Shown here piece by piece: positions 10,346 through 19,610 of a stretch of DNA of 64,000 nt. How positions within the stretch are numbered: position 1 is the first letter of the stretch; the number at the start of each line of letters is the position of its first letter. Under the pieces are notes generated by a model that was given only the letters and a program-made list of their open reading frames with translations, ran no database searches and was not told the origin of the DNA. The translations under genes were made by a program, and so were the position numbers. Source of the DNA: a virus; IMG/VR virus record IMGVR_UViG_3300031965_000019, positions 2,490 to 66,489 of that record. One strand, written 5' to 3'.

Positions 10346-10840
10346 CTATGTCGTGACGGCGTTGTATAGCACGCCGCTGCCATCCTTGTGGCACTCGAAT
10401 TCGCAAATGTAAGTCGAGAACTTGGTCCCGCGGCCGATCTCCTGCGCGTTGCGAGGAATCACGCGAGGGAAGTTTCTGGGGTCAGAGGCGGCGTTCAGTA
10501 AAAGTCGCATCGTGCGGACGCCACTGAACATAAGCGTACCTGCCGTGAACGGCTGACCAGCGGTGGCGCCACTAACACGACTGCGGACCACGTTGCAAAC
10601 GGTCAAGTCGTACTTGGTGAGTTCCAAGCGGACGATAGCGATTTCGCCGAGGTAGATGACTTCAATGGGAGGACCATCGTCGCCGCCGTTTTGATCCCCG
10701 GGCACATCCAGGAAAAACGCCTCTTTGCGAGTCTCGGCAAAGTTGCGGGTAAACCCAAGAGTTTGGAGAGCGCCAGCGGCGACGTCGGGGGCCGCGATCC
10801 GCACCTGACAGGCACCGGCGACGTTGACTGTTTCAGCCAT
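10346..10840 (-). CDS. Tail tube (major tail) protein (164 aa)
   Basis: Position before chaperone; beta-rich; size typical of tube proteins. Confidence 0.7.
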   Translation of the reverse strand: MAETVNVAGACQVRIAAPDVAAGALQTLGFTRNFAETRKEAFFLDVPGDQNGGDDGPPIEVIYLGEIAIVRLELTKYDLTVCNVVRSRVSGATAGQPFTAGTLMFSGVRTMRLLLNAASDPRNFPRVIPRNAQEIGRGTKFSTYICEFECHKDGSGVLYNAVTT

Positions 10841-10857
10841 GATTCGTTAGCCTCGCG

Positions 10858-11364
10858 CTATCTGCCCAACGGCAGACGTTCCTGCCGGCTCGGATAAAAA
10901 TGCCGCGTCCGATCGGGAATGAAGCGGATGTTGTTTTGGTACTGTTGAAACGACGGGCCGTCGATGTCCGGCAGGCCCGCGGCCAGGTTCGCCTCGATGT
11001 CGAGCACCCTGACGCCCTTGCGGATCTGCTCAAGCACTTCTTCCACGCCGTCGCGGACCTCTTTCGACGCCTTGCCATACTTTTCTGGACGTCGCCGCAA
11101 TAGGTACGACAGAGCGATTTCGCAGCAGAGCCGTTTCAGAAATGCCTGCGATTCTCCAGTAAGATTCGTGAGATCGTCGGGATCATATTGCCGGCCCACA
11201 AACAGCGCCGCCTTGATCGTGCCCGTGGCATCGTCAAGCGCGGAGGTCATTTTGGTATCGGTCGACAAGCTCGTCACCGGAGTATCGTCGTCGCTCACCA
11301 ATTCCTTGAGCGTCCGCTCGTCGAAGCGATTGACCATGTCGGCGGAAGTGGCGTAGGCGGCCAT
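10858..11364 (-). CDS. Head-tail adaptor, Mu gp36-like (DUF1320)
   Basis: YATSADMVNRF…ALDDATGTI…LKRLCCEIALSYL pattern. Confidence 0.8.
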   Translation of the reverse strand: MAAYATSADMVNRFDERTLKELVSDDDTPVTSLSTDTKMTSALDDATGTIKAALFVGRQYDPDDLTNLTGESQAFLKRLCCEIALSYLLRRRPEKYGKASKEVRDGVEEVLEQIRKGVRVLDIEANLAAGLPDIDGPSFQQYQNNIRFIPDRTRHFYPSRQERLPLGR

Positions 11365-11446
11365 ATCGGTGCACGTGATCGCTGGTAAGACGCCCCGGTC
11401 CGCGCGACCAACGACGGACCGGGGCGAAAGGCAAACAGTTCAACAG

Positions 11447-12490
11447 TTACGCCGCGGCATTCTGGAACAAGACGCCGCTGGCCGGGGCCACGATATCGTA
11501 AGTGATCGTGTCGACCACGCGGCCCTTGGTGCGACGGTTGTTGGCGTCGCGCAAGGTCTCGACCGTCATTTCCTCTTGAGCGAAGCCCACGCAGGTCGAA
11601 AAGTTCGGGGCATCGGCCACGCCCACTAGGCCACCCGGGCGAGCGACCATGAACGGCGTCGCCTTGGCGAGCACTTGGCTCTTGGCCGTGGTCGCGCCCT
11701 TTTTCGACGTAACCTTGCGGGTGGCCTCGACCACCAGCGGGAAGCCGTACAGCTTGTTGGGCAAACCGTACATGGTGTTTTCGCCGGGCAGTTCGCCCTT
11801 CACTTGGGCCAGCGCGTCGGGCGAGCCCTTGATATAGTCAGTTATTTCCTGACTCTGCGTCAGTTCGGCGGCCAGCGCCGAGTTGATCACCACAACCAGA
11901 TCATCCATTTCGATCGCCGCGAGCGTGTCGTCCAGGATCAGCTCGGCCGCGGTCTGGAGCGATCGCTTGATGTCCTGGCGCGCGGTCGTGCTCTGGGCCC
12001 AGTTGCCCGTGTTGTTGGCGATCGCCGACACGTCCAAAACGTGCGAGACCGAGTAGTTGGCCGTGTTGGTGAGCGCGGAGATCGCCAGTTGCGTCCGGGC
12101 CGTCATCGCCTTGCGGCTGTGAATGCTCGCGTGCTGATCAAGGATGTTCCACGACGCCTGATTGATCGTGAGATCGCCCAGACGGAACCCGTAAGCGTAG
12201 CGCTTGGCGGTGAACGGAAAGAACTCGAACGATTCGTTCCCGTCGATGCCTTCGGGCGCTTCCTGTCCGTCGTACCAGACATAGGTGCGCAGGTCGGCAT
12301 GAATGAGACGCCCCGCCTCTTCGACGGTCATGCGCAGAAAGTAGCCGCCGATTTTCTCGACGGGCACTACCTGCGTGTACTTGTTGACGGCGAACTTCTT
12401 GATGTTCCGCGCGAAGTCAATGACCATTTTGTTGGAATGTTCATGCGAGCGGATGTAGACGTTACTCGGTCCAGGATGTACGGCGGCCAT
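11447..12490 (-). CDS. Major capsid protein (347 aa)
   Basis: Position after protease and decoration gene; size; …LPNKLYGFPLVV… capsid-like C-terminal half. Confidence 0.85.
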   Translation of the reverse strand: MAAVHPGPSNVYIRSHEHSNKMVIDFARNIKKFAVNKYTQVVPVEKIGGYFLRMTVEEAGRLIHADLRTYVWYDGQEAPEGIDGNESFEFFPFTAKRYAYGFRLGDLTINQASWNILDQHASIHSRKAMTARTQLAISALTNTANYSVSHVLDVSAIANNTGNWAQSTTARQDIKRSLQTAAELILDDTLAAIEMDDLVVVINSALAAELTQSQEITDYIKGSPDALAQVKGELPGENTMYGLPNKLYGFPLVVEATRKVTSKKGATTAKSQVLAKATPFMVARPGGLVGVADAPNFSTCVGFAQEEMTVETLRDANNRRTKGRVVDTITYDIVAPASGVLFQNAAA

Positions 12491-12640
12491 GTTTGAATCT
12501 CCATAGCCGACCGCAGCGGCCCGCGTGTGTCACGACGGCGACTGGACGCGGTATCCAGTTTTTCGGGAGCGACCCTAGCCGTCGAGTTGTTTGAAAAAAG
12601 TGTGCGAGTAAGACAACTAAACCAAAACGATTGAAAGCTG

Positions 12641-13066
12641 TTACGTCAGCTCGGGACGGAACACCTCAGGATTGATCATCACCCGAATGAGTTCGTCCTC
12701 GTCGGCGGCGGCCTGTTGAGTCCGACCACCGCATTGCTGATTCGTGGTGGCCGCGGCGTCAATGGCGACCGCCTTGCCGTTGGTGTCGCTTTTGAAGAGC
12801 GTGCCGGCGGCAATGGCCGCTCCTGCGGCTACCATCGCCTCTTCCCCGGGCCCGCGAAGTTCGATTTGGTCACCGGCTTCCGCGTGCAGATTCGTGGTTA
12901 CCAGGTCGTTCAGCGGCGCAAACTTGGTCGCACCGGTGGAGGCGCCGATGATCGGATCGTTGGCCCCGGCTTGCGAGCCCGTGTGGTCGGCCGAAACGCT
13001 GGGGGTAATCAGACGGAACGTATTGACGTTTCCGCCCGCAATCAAACGTGGTGTGCCAAATGCCAT
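12641..13066 (-). CDS. Capsid decoration / cement protein (DUF2190-like)
   Basis: VAAGAAIAAGTLFKSDTNGKAV…AAADEDELIRV motif; between protease and capsid genes. Confidence 0.8.
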   Translation of the reverse strand: MAFGTPRLIAGGNVNTFRLITPSVSADHTGSQAGANDPIIGASTGATKFAPLNDLVTTNLHAEAGDQIELRGPGEEAMVAAGAAIAAGTLFKSDTNGKAVAIDAAATTNQQCGGRTQQAAADEDELIRVMINPEVFRPELT

Positions 13067-13141
13067 GACTGGTTACTCCTATGAGGACGCCCTTGGGCGA
13101 AACAAAATTCTGTTGACCTCGATTGATTCCACGTCTCCGAA

Positions 13142-14896
13142 TTAGGCGACATCTCCGTACTTGCCGTTTTTGACATCGGTGAGGACCGCCACGTAGTCCG
13201 CATCCTTCCCCTCGGCGATGAATCCCTCGCAGATCACCCGTGCCTTATCAGCACAAGCCTTGCCGTACTGCTCTTTCTGTAGCCGGTTTCCCGGGGCGGT
13301 CGGTTCGATCATGCCCGCGATCGGATCGTAAGGCAGATCGATCGTCGGCATCCGCTGATAGTGCTCGGTGATTGCCGCGATCGCGTCTGTGAACTGATCG
13401 TTGTTCACCTTGCCGGCGTTCAGACGCTCCATTTCCTTGTCAGGATCGAGCGCGTAGCCGTCCATCTGGAGCGCCTGCAGGTTTTGACGACGCTCGGCAT
13501 TGATCCTGGCATAGCGTTCGACCTGCAACTCTTTCTTGAGCTGCGCGGACTCATCGGAGACACGCCGCAAGTCGGCCTGGACCCGCTGATACTGGATGCT
13601 CTCGGCATGGCTGACGCGGGCGTAAGGTGCCGAAGCGTTTTTCCCATTTCCCGTGGCGTCGTCGACCGAACCGCTGGCCACGCTCATCGAACCGTCGGCG
13701 GAACCCTCGCCGCTGGGGTTTTGTGGACTGCCGTCAACCGAACCGTCCGCCTGATAAGAGGCTGGCCCCGTGGTTTCGTCGCGATCGACTTTCTTGCCGC
13801 CGAGGTCGCCCTCGTTGGCCGTCTGATACGACCCCGCGGCGTTTTCGCCATCGGCTGCGTATCTGCGCTGCTTACGGCTCGCCATGTAGCAATCGATATC
13901 CTCGTCGCTCATGTCGTCCATCGCGGCGTAGGCTTTCTGCATCTTGGCCTTTTGCTCGTCGTCGGACGGGACCGCTGGCGGCGAAACGTCTCCATTGGCA
14001 GCGGGCGGACTTGGCGGGGCAGCGTCCGGGGGAGGTGAAACCGGGGGCGCTGGAGAAGATGGCGGCGCTTGCGGCGTAGGCGGTGCCGGTGCCGTCGGTG
14101 CCGGACTCGGAGTGTCTCCGGCGACTTCGCCACCCGCCAAGCCACCCGACTGTTGAGCCATAAGAGTGCGGATGAATTGGAACTCTTCGGTTTGCCCGAG
14201 TGAATTGCAAATCTGTTGAATGTCTTGCTCGGTCAACATGGTTGAATCCCCAGTGTTGGAGGGTGAATAGTTTTGCCTCTCGTCCTCACTGTCGGGGACG
14301 AAAACATTACTAGGGCCAGGCGCGACGGCCGCGTACTTTTCACGCAGCACGCGCCGACCGCCGCGATGTAAAGTGGCCGAGTACAAGAGCCCCAGATCGA
14401 GTCGAGGCGCTTCCGCGCCCAAGAGCGCAATCGGGTCCAGGAACATTTCCTCGTAACGGTCCTCAAGCCACAGCTCCGGACTGCGTCTTGGGTAACGCTT
14501 GAAGCGATTGACTTCGTCGCGAAAGATGTGAAAATCGGCCAGAATAGCCCAGCGTTGACGAGTGCCAGCCTGGCCAATCTTACCCATGCGAAACGGGCCA
14601 GCGAAACCAACCACCTCGGGCTCGGCGCCGCCGCCAGGCTTTTGCGTGTGGCCGATGCACACGGCCGCGAAGTCGCCGCTTTCAGCAATGCGACGATTGC
14701 ACCGATCGCAGACCAGCTTGAGCTCGTTGTACGTGAACTTGAGATCACGGCCGCGTCGGTCCTGCGTCTCATGCTCGGCGAACACGGGCACGTTGGCGAT
14801 GCTGACGAACTCGTCGTCGGGGAAGTCGCCTGGCTGCCGGACGTTTCCTTGCGGAACGGCCATCGCCATGTCGGAGGCTTGGACGGTCGCGACCAT
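13142..14896 (-). CDS. Mu gpI-like prohead protease with scaffold (584 aa)
   Basis: IGHT and RRSPEL putative catalytic motifs, ALLGAEAP; Pro-rich linker; coiled-coil C-terminus. Confidence 0.8.
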   Translation of the reverse strand: MVATVQASDMAMAVPQGNVRQPGDFPDDEFVSIANVPVFAEHETQDRRGRDLKFTYNELKLVCDRCNRRIAESGDFAAVCIGHTQKPGGGAEPEVVGFAGPFRMGKIGQAGTRQRWAILADFHIFRDEVNRFKRYPRRSPELWLEDRYEEMFLDPIALLGAEAPRLDLGLLYSATLHRGGRRVLREKYAAVAPGPSNVFVPDSEDERQNYSPSNTGDSTMLTEQDIQQICNSLGQTEEFQFIRTLMAQQSGGLAGGEVAGDTPSPAPTAPAPPTPQAPPSSPAPPVSPPPDAAPPSPPAANGDVSPPAVPSDDEQKAKMQKAYAAMDDMSDEDIDCYMASRKQRRYAADGENAAGSYQTANEGDLGGKKVDRDETTGPASYQADGSVDGSPQNPSGEGSADGSMSVASGSVDDATGNGKNASAPYARVSHAESIQYQRVQADLRRVSDESAQLKKELQVERYARINAERRQNLQALQMDGYALDPDKEMERLNAGKVNNDQFTDAIAAITEHYQRMPTIDLPYDPIAGMIEPTAPGNRLQKEQYGKACADKARVICEGFIAEGKDADYVAVLTDVKNGKYGDVA

Positions 14897-14939
14897 CGCA
14901 TTGCAGTTGCTCGATTTTCTGAATGGCGTCGAGACAAAT

Positions 14940-14985
14940 AAAAAAGGCCGGGCCGCACCCGCTGTGGATGCGAACCCGGCCTTTT
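14940..14985 (-). terminator. Intrinsic terminator-like hairpin upstream of protease gene
   Basis: Minus strand GGCCGGG…CCCGGCC followed by TTTTTT. Confidence 0.65.
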
Positions 14986-15094
14986 GTGCTCGACCGGAAA
15001 TTTAAGTTTTGACTGCCAGCCCTGGGACTCCAGGGCAACGCCTGCATTCTTGATCGTTTAGGGAGGGTCTGTCAAGCCTTTTCGAGAAAAAGGC

Positions 15095-15292
15095 TCAATC
15101 CGGCGAGAGATTCTTGTTGAGGCTGCTGCGGGCATCGGTCGCTAGGCCATTGCTGATATTGATGTTGACCACGATATTTCCGCTGAGTTTCTTGGCTAGC
15201 ACAAGCCGTAGCAGCTCTTGAAGTTCCCGGACGGCGGCCAGCTTCCAGCGTTTACTGCTATCAGTATCGACTCCCTGGTGGACGATGCTCAC
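15095..15292 (-). CDS. Small hypothetical protein (65 aa)
   Basis: GTG start with GGGAG SD just after portal stop; track ORF 15095..15577 overextends it. Confidence 0.5.
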   Translation of the reverse strand: MSIVHQGVDTDSSKRWKLAAVRELQELLRLVLAKKLSGNIVVNINISNGLATDARSSLNKNLSPD

Positions 15293-15302
15293 CTGCCGCT
15301 CC

Positions 15303-18032
15303 CTAGACCATTTGCGCCATATAGGCTTCCAGGACTTGCTTGCGGAAGAACATTTCACGCTGGGCGCCGGTGAGCCGGCTCGGCCGCTTTGGTTTTGCGG
15401 CTTGCTGCCCCACATGGGACGGGTCGACGTCTTTGAACAGGCCGCGCTGGCCAGGCAGCGATGCCGCCTGCTTGGCCGGATGCTCCCAGCCGGTGAAGTC
15501 GATCGCCGCGAACTGACCGCCGCTGTCGCGATTGTGCTTGGATTCGCTCCAATCGGTGCCGTAGTCAATCCGATCATCGGCAGGATCGAACGTACCGCGG
15601 TTGCCGGTGGCGGATTTTATCTGGTTCGGATTGAAGGCAATCCAGACACGGCCGTAGTCACCTTCACGTTCAAGTCCAAGGCGGACGCTTCCAGCAACGT
15701 CCCCAGCCATGTGAGTTATTCCATCATATCCAGCAGAAGCGATGAGATCATTTACATGCGACTTAGTGCGGTAGTTTAAGAATAACCTCCAAAGATCTCG
15801 ATGCTTCATTCCATCATCATCTTTGTAGTAAAGAGAAACTGTGTCGTGGATTTCCTCGGATTCACGCTCTGAGATTAGTCGCGACTCGACAGTGCGAGAC
15901 ACAATCCTCTGGGCCTCTTCAAGCTCGATCGGCGAATCGTAGTCGAACGGCCTGCGGATATTGAGATAAACGGCGCGGATATGGCTGTCATCGGATGCGT
16001 ACATTGACGCGATTTCTTTGTTCTCGGCAAAATAAAACCCTTTGCCGACCATAGTCGCCCCTGATTTCTCAGGATCGAAGGCATCGAAATCTGCATCAGT
16101 GCCGTGGTAAACAACCTTGCCATCGCCGTGAGTTTCTTGTGGCTCACCAGTTCCCTTGTTGACCACCTTGCTAGAATTTGCCCGATCATTCTCCCAGTCA
16201 CCAAACCACGCCTTGAACTCTGGTGTCTCAGTCTGCTTGGAGCGGCTCTCAGTGGCCACCGCTGTTTCGCCGACGTCGGTGAACTTACCGTCATCGGATC
16301 GCGGGTGTTCCTCTTCTCGAAACGCCGCGTAACTCGCCAGCCGCTTGCGGTCGCTGTTCTCGCTCGGGAGTCCGTTGGCGACATACTCGGCTTGCTCCGC
16401 GGCCTCTGCCGGCGCGGAAGGCGTCGGCTCCGCAGACTGTCCATTCGAGCTCGGATCGCCGAACTGGCCAATGTTCGCCCCGGGGACCGGGCCCATCGCG
16501 CCCATCTGTGCCGATTGCGCCGCGGCCTGCTGCTCTTTCATCTGCTCGAATTTGTCCAGGACTTCGGAATCCGGCTCTGGCGCCGGCGCGCCTATGAGAT
16601 CGCGAAGCTGCTTGGCGTCCAGTCGCAGGCCCATCTCGTAAGCCTTCAAAAACGCCTCGATCATCGACTCCGCGTCGGGCTCGCGAGTGTGAATCACGAA
16701 CCTGAAGTCGACGTTGGCCATCCGCGGCAGGGCGAGCTTCTTAATCGGACTCAACAGGTCCGTAGTAATCGTTTCCTCCAGCAGCATGGAGTCGTAACGC
16801 ACGATCTGCATGAAGACATCCATTTGAACGTCGGCGAGATTCGAGCCGAGGCCCGTGGCCGACGCTTCCGTGGTGAGCGTCTGGCCGAGGATGTAGCGCT
16901 TGATCGAGTGGCCGAAGTATTCGGTAATGATGCTTTTGAGGGACTCGACTCCGCCCATGCCTGGCTCGATTCGCTCCACACCGTAGACCTGACCGTCCTC
17001 GCCCATCGGTCGCGGGACCATGATGATGTTGCGGCCGTTTTCGATTTTTTCCTCGGCGGCCTTGCGCATTTCGGCTTTGGCCGTCGCATTGCCCATTGGG
17101 TAATACCAGATTTCGATGCCCATTGCCGAGCGTTCCATGAAATCCATCATATTGGCGAGCGTCTCTTGCTTCTGGTACCAAGTCCAGTAAATGACGGAAC
17201 GAATACCGACTCCGTGAATCCGGCCGGCGTTAGCCGGATCGTGATAGTCGCCGTCCTCGATCCGGTGCTTGTGGACCGCCAGCAGAATCGACTCCCAAGT
17301 GTCCAGAAAATACGCCAGTCCGTGATCGGTCGCTTCCAACTTGCGGACCCGTTCCACCGTGCCTCGGAAGCCACGCGAGCGATAGTGGTCCTGCATCTGA
17401 CTCAACTGGTTGACGCCCGTGTAGATGCCCGCGCCGACTCGAATCCCGATCTGATCGGGCCGGTGGTCGTTCATGCCGTCGTCGTACCGAAACACGATCT
17501 TGTCGCCGTTCACTGGCAGCCACCGCAACGGCATGGGACGCATCTTGCCCGCGACTAAGCGGTAGCCCCACTTGTGCTGGATGCCGTATTTTCCGTACCA
17601 CGTCGCGTGCAGTAGATTCTCACGATACTGCATAAAGCGGGGAATCTTTTCCAGGATTTTCGTGAGGATCTGTGCCGCCTCTTTCTGCTCGGCATTGTTC
17701 GCGTCCTCGGGCTCGACGCTCCAATCCAAGAGTGCCACGGCCCGCTGCCGCATTTCGACGCACTCCATGATCGTGACGTCGTTACGCATGAATTTGGCAT
17801 TGTCGAAGCTGTCCTGGATTGCCTCGTCGCTGGCGCGATAGACTTTGGCCTGCGAGCCGGCAATGCCCTGAAAAGTGAAGGCGTGGCGCAATAGGTAGTC
17901 GCCCAGATTGGGCGGCATTCCGTCGATGCCGGATGCCGGATCGTCGCCCGCGTCAAACCGCTCGTCGCCTATTTTCAGCGGATCGCGACGCATGGAATCG
18001 CCAAGATCAATGACTGTGCCTGTAGCGGCCAT
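15303..18032 (-). CDS. Portal protein (DUF935 / Mu gp29-like) fused to C-terminal ADP-ribosyltransferase-like domain (909 aa)
   Basis: Start MAATGTVID at 18032 with AGGGGG SD; portal region …ILGQTLTT…; then EFKAWFGDW…YHGT…GFYF…QIKSATGNRGTFDP. Confidence 0.85.
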   Translation of the reverse strand: MAATGTVIDLGDSMRRDPLKIGDERFDAGDDPASGIDGMPPNLGDYLLRHAFTFQGIAGSQAKVYRASDEAIQDSFDNAKFMRNDVTIMECVEMRQRAVALLDWSVEPEDANNAEQKEAAQILTKILEKIPRFMQYRENLLHATWYGKYGIQHKWGYRLVAGKMRPMPLRWLPVNGDKIVFRYDDGMNDHRPDQIGIRVGAGIYTGVNQLSQMQDHYRSRGFRGTVERVRKLEATDHGLAYFLDTWESILLAVHKHRIEDGDYHDPANAGRIHGVGIRSVIYWTWYQKQETLANMMDFMERSAMGIEIWYYPMGNATAKAEMRKAAEEKIENGRNIIMVPRPMGEDGQVYGVERIEPGMGGVESLKSIITEYFGHSIKRYILGQTLTTEASATGLGSNLADVQMDVFMQIVRYDSMLLEETITTDLLSPIKKLALPRMANVDFRFVIHTREPDAESMIEAFLKAYEMGLRLDAKQLRDLIGAPAPEPDSEVLDKFEQMKEQQAAAQSAQMGAMGPVPGANIGQFGDPSSNGQSAEPTPSAPAEAAEQAEYVANGLPSENSDRKRLASYAAFREEEHPRSDDGKFTDVGETAVATESRSKQTETPEFKAWFGDWENDRANSSKVVNKGTGEPQETHGDGKVVYHGTDADFDAFDPEKSGATMVGKGFYFAENKEIASMYASDDSHIRAVYLNIRRPFDYDSPIELEEAQRIVSRTVESRLISERESEEIHDTVSLYYKDDDGMKHRDLWRLFLNYRTKSHVNDLIASAGYDGITHMAGDVAGSVRLGLEREGDYGRVWIAFNPNQIKSATGNRGTFDPADDRIDYGTDWSESKHNRDSGGQFAAIDFTGWEHPAKQAASLPGQRGLFKDVDPSHVGQQAAKPKRPSRLTGAQREMFFRKQVLEAYMAQMV

Positions 18033-18043
18033 CGGCTGACCCC

Positions 18044-19222
18044 CTATCGAAAGTTGAACGGGCTCGGTTTCATGGTCGCGCCGCTCGTAAGCACCTTGAT
18101 TTTTCCAGTGCTCACGCTCTTGACCCGGACGGTTCGCTGAACATACATTTCGCCTTCGGCCGTCATAGTAGCCTTGCGCGGGACGTAGTTGTTTCTGACG
18201 CCGACGAGCTGATAATCGTGCTGGTGGCCAGAAATCGTGCCGCGAATTCTCAGGCTGTCCCACACCCAGCCGCCCTTGGACGCCGCGGCGTGTAGTCCAA
18301 GAAACTTCTGGGGTCGTACATTCGCATAGCTGTAGAGGCTCCCCGCGACTCCGTAGACCATGTGCGACTGAAACCGCACGTAGAGCGTCCATGTGTCGAC
18401 GTCATAGGAATAGCTGTAGACGTTGGACGATTGGGGCGTGCGGACCATTTCCTTGGTGACAATCGGATGCGTCGCCGGGAACCTGCGCCGCGAGCCGTCG
18501 CCAAAGTCGACGTCGATCACCTTGCGTGGCTGACCGCGTCCGGTGGTTTTCGAGACACCGCCAGGATAGGTCGATTCGTCGACGGTTGTCGTGGGCTCGT
18601 CGCTCAGCCCTCGAGCCTTGGCAGCGGCCCCAGCCGCTCCCACCTTTCCGGCCTGTGGTTTTACTTCGTACCCGTGGGTTTCGAGGAATTCTTTGGCGGC
18701 TTCGATCTGGTCGGCGACTTCACGCGCGGACCGATTGGCGATCGGCTTTTGCAGACGAGACGCCTTGCGGCCGCGGGTCGAGAGCATATCTGGCGCTACC
18801 GCGTCCAGGAAATCCAACGCCGTCTGGATATCGCCACCGAGGCCGCTCTTGCGGGCCCTGCCGCCACTGGTCACCAGCGACCGGATGAGGGAGCCCACCG
18901 GACCCATCGTCGAGAGAAACTCGCCCAACAGTTGCGCAGTCGATCCCCCGAGGCGGGCGTAACGCTCCACTTCGCGTACCATGCGACCGAAGTCATTCGA
19001 CAACAGCGAGTTCCTCACCGTGTCGTTCAACCCGCCGCGTCCCCAAGACGTGAGGGCGTCGCGGATGGCCGTGCCGGCGCTGGCGTGTTTCCCAGAATTC
19101 AGCGCGGAGCGGACCTGGCCGATGGCTTTGGCCGCGGTCGTGCGTTGCCACTCGCGACGGGCCGATCTCTGGACGGTACGTGACGCGAGGCGAAACAACG
19201 GATTGATGTGAAAGTTGCCCAT
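18044..19222 (-). CDS. KTSC-domain protein (392 aa)
   Basis: SSNVYSYSYD…TLYVRF…YSYANV…AASKGGWVW KTSC pattern near C-terminus. Confidence 0.7.
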   Translation of the reverse strand: MGNFHINPLFRLASRTVQRSARREWQRTTAAKAIGQVRSALNSGKHASAGTAIRDALTSWGRGGLNDTVRNSLLSNDFGRMVREVERYARLGGSTAQLLGEFLSTMGPVGSLIRSLVTSGGRARKSGLGGDIQTALDFLDAVAPDMLSTRGRKASRLQKPIANRSAREVADQIEAAKEFLETHGYEVKPQAGKVGAAGAAAKARGLSDEPTTTVDESTYPGGVSKTTGRGQPRKVIDVDFGDGSRRRFPATHPIVTKEMVRTPQSSNVYSYSYDVDTWTLYVRFQSHMVYGVAGSLYSYANVRPQKFLGLHAAASKGGWVWDSLRIRGTISGHQHDYQLVGVRNNYVPRKATMTAEGEMYVQRTVRVKSVSTGKIKVLTSGATMKPSPFNFR

Positions 19223-19225
19223 GTG

Positions 19226-19606
19226 TCAGTTCACGCTTAGTTTCACCAAGCCATAGTGGAAAATCGGACTCGGCACGTATTCGGTAGTTGTCGGCATGAG
19301 CCGCAATACGTAGCAATCCGACGGATGGAACAATTCATGTTCGATCGCATCCACGATCGACAGACTATGGTGGAGCCACAGGAAATACTGCCAAGCCGCG
19401 ATCGGCCCTATCGGTATCACGATGTGAAATAGGCGATAGCGATGATGCTCGTATTCCGGCTGAAAACCGCCGACAAGGCAGTCGCCGGCCAGGACTTCGC
19501 ACCCGCTCTTGATTCGCGAACACTGAAACTTATCTTCGCGCTCTAGCTGCGCATGGAGCATCCCGTGCAAAGGTCCGCCGACGCAAATTGTTTCCAGACG
19601 TTCCAT
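19226..19606 (-). CDS. Hypothetical protein (126 aa)
   Basis: ATG 19606 just after TerL stop; CVGGPLHG start common in small phage proteins. Confidence 0.55.
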   Translation of the reverse strand: MERLETICVGGPLHGMLHAQLEREDKFQCSRIKSGCEVLAGDCLVGGFQPEYEHHRYRLFHIVIPIGPIAAWQYFLWLHHSLSIVDAIEHELFHPSDCYVLRLMPTTTEYVPSPIFHYGLVKLSVN

Positions 19607-19610
19607 TTGA

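Noticed and set aside
16104-17558. 484-aa plus-strand ORF and similar long antisense ORFs (4348..5265, 11675..12496, 21961..22884)
   Set aside because: Antisense mirrors of GC-rich genes with no motifs
18033-18392. 5' extension making the portal 1029 aa
   Set aside because: Overlaps the KTSC gene in another frame; SD supports ATG 18032
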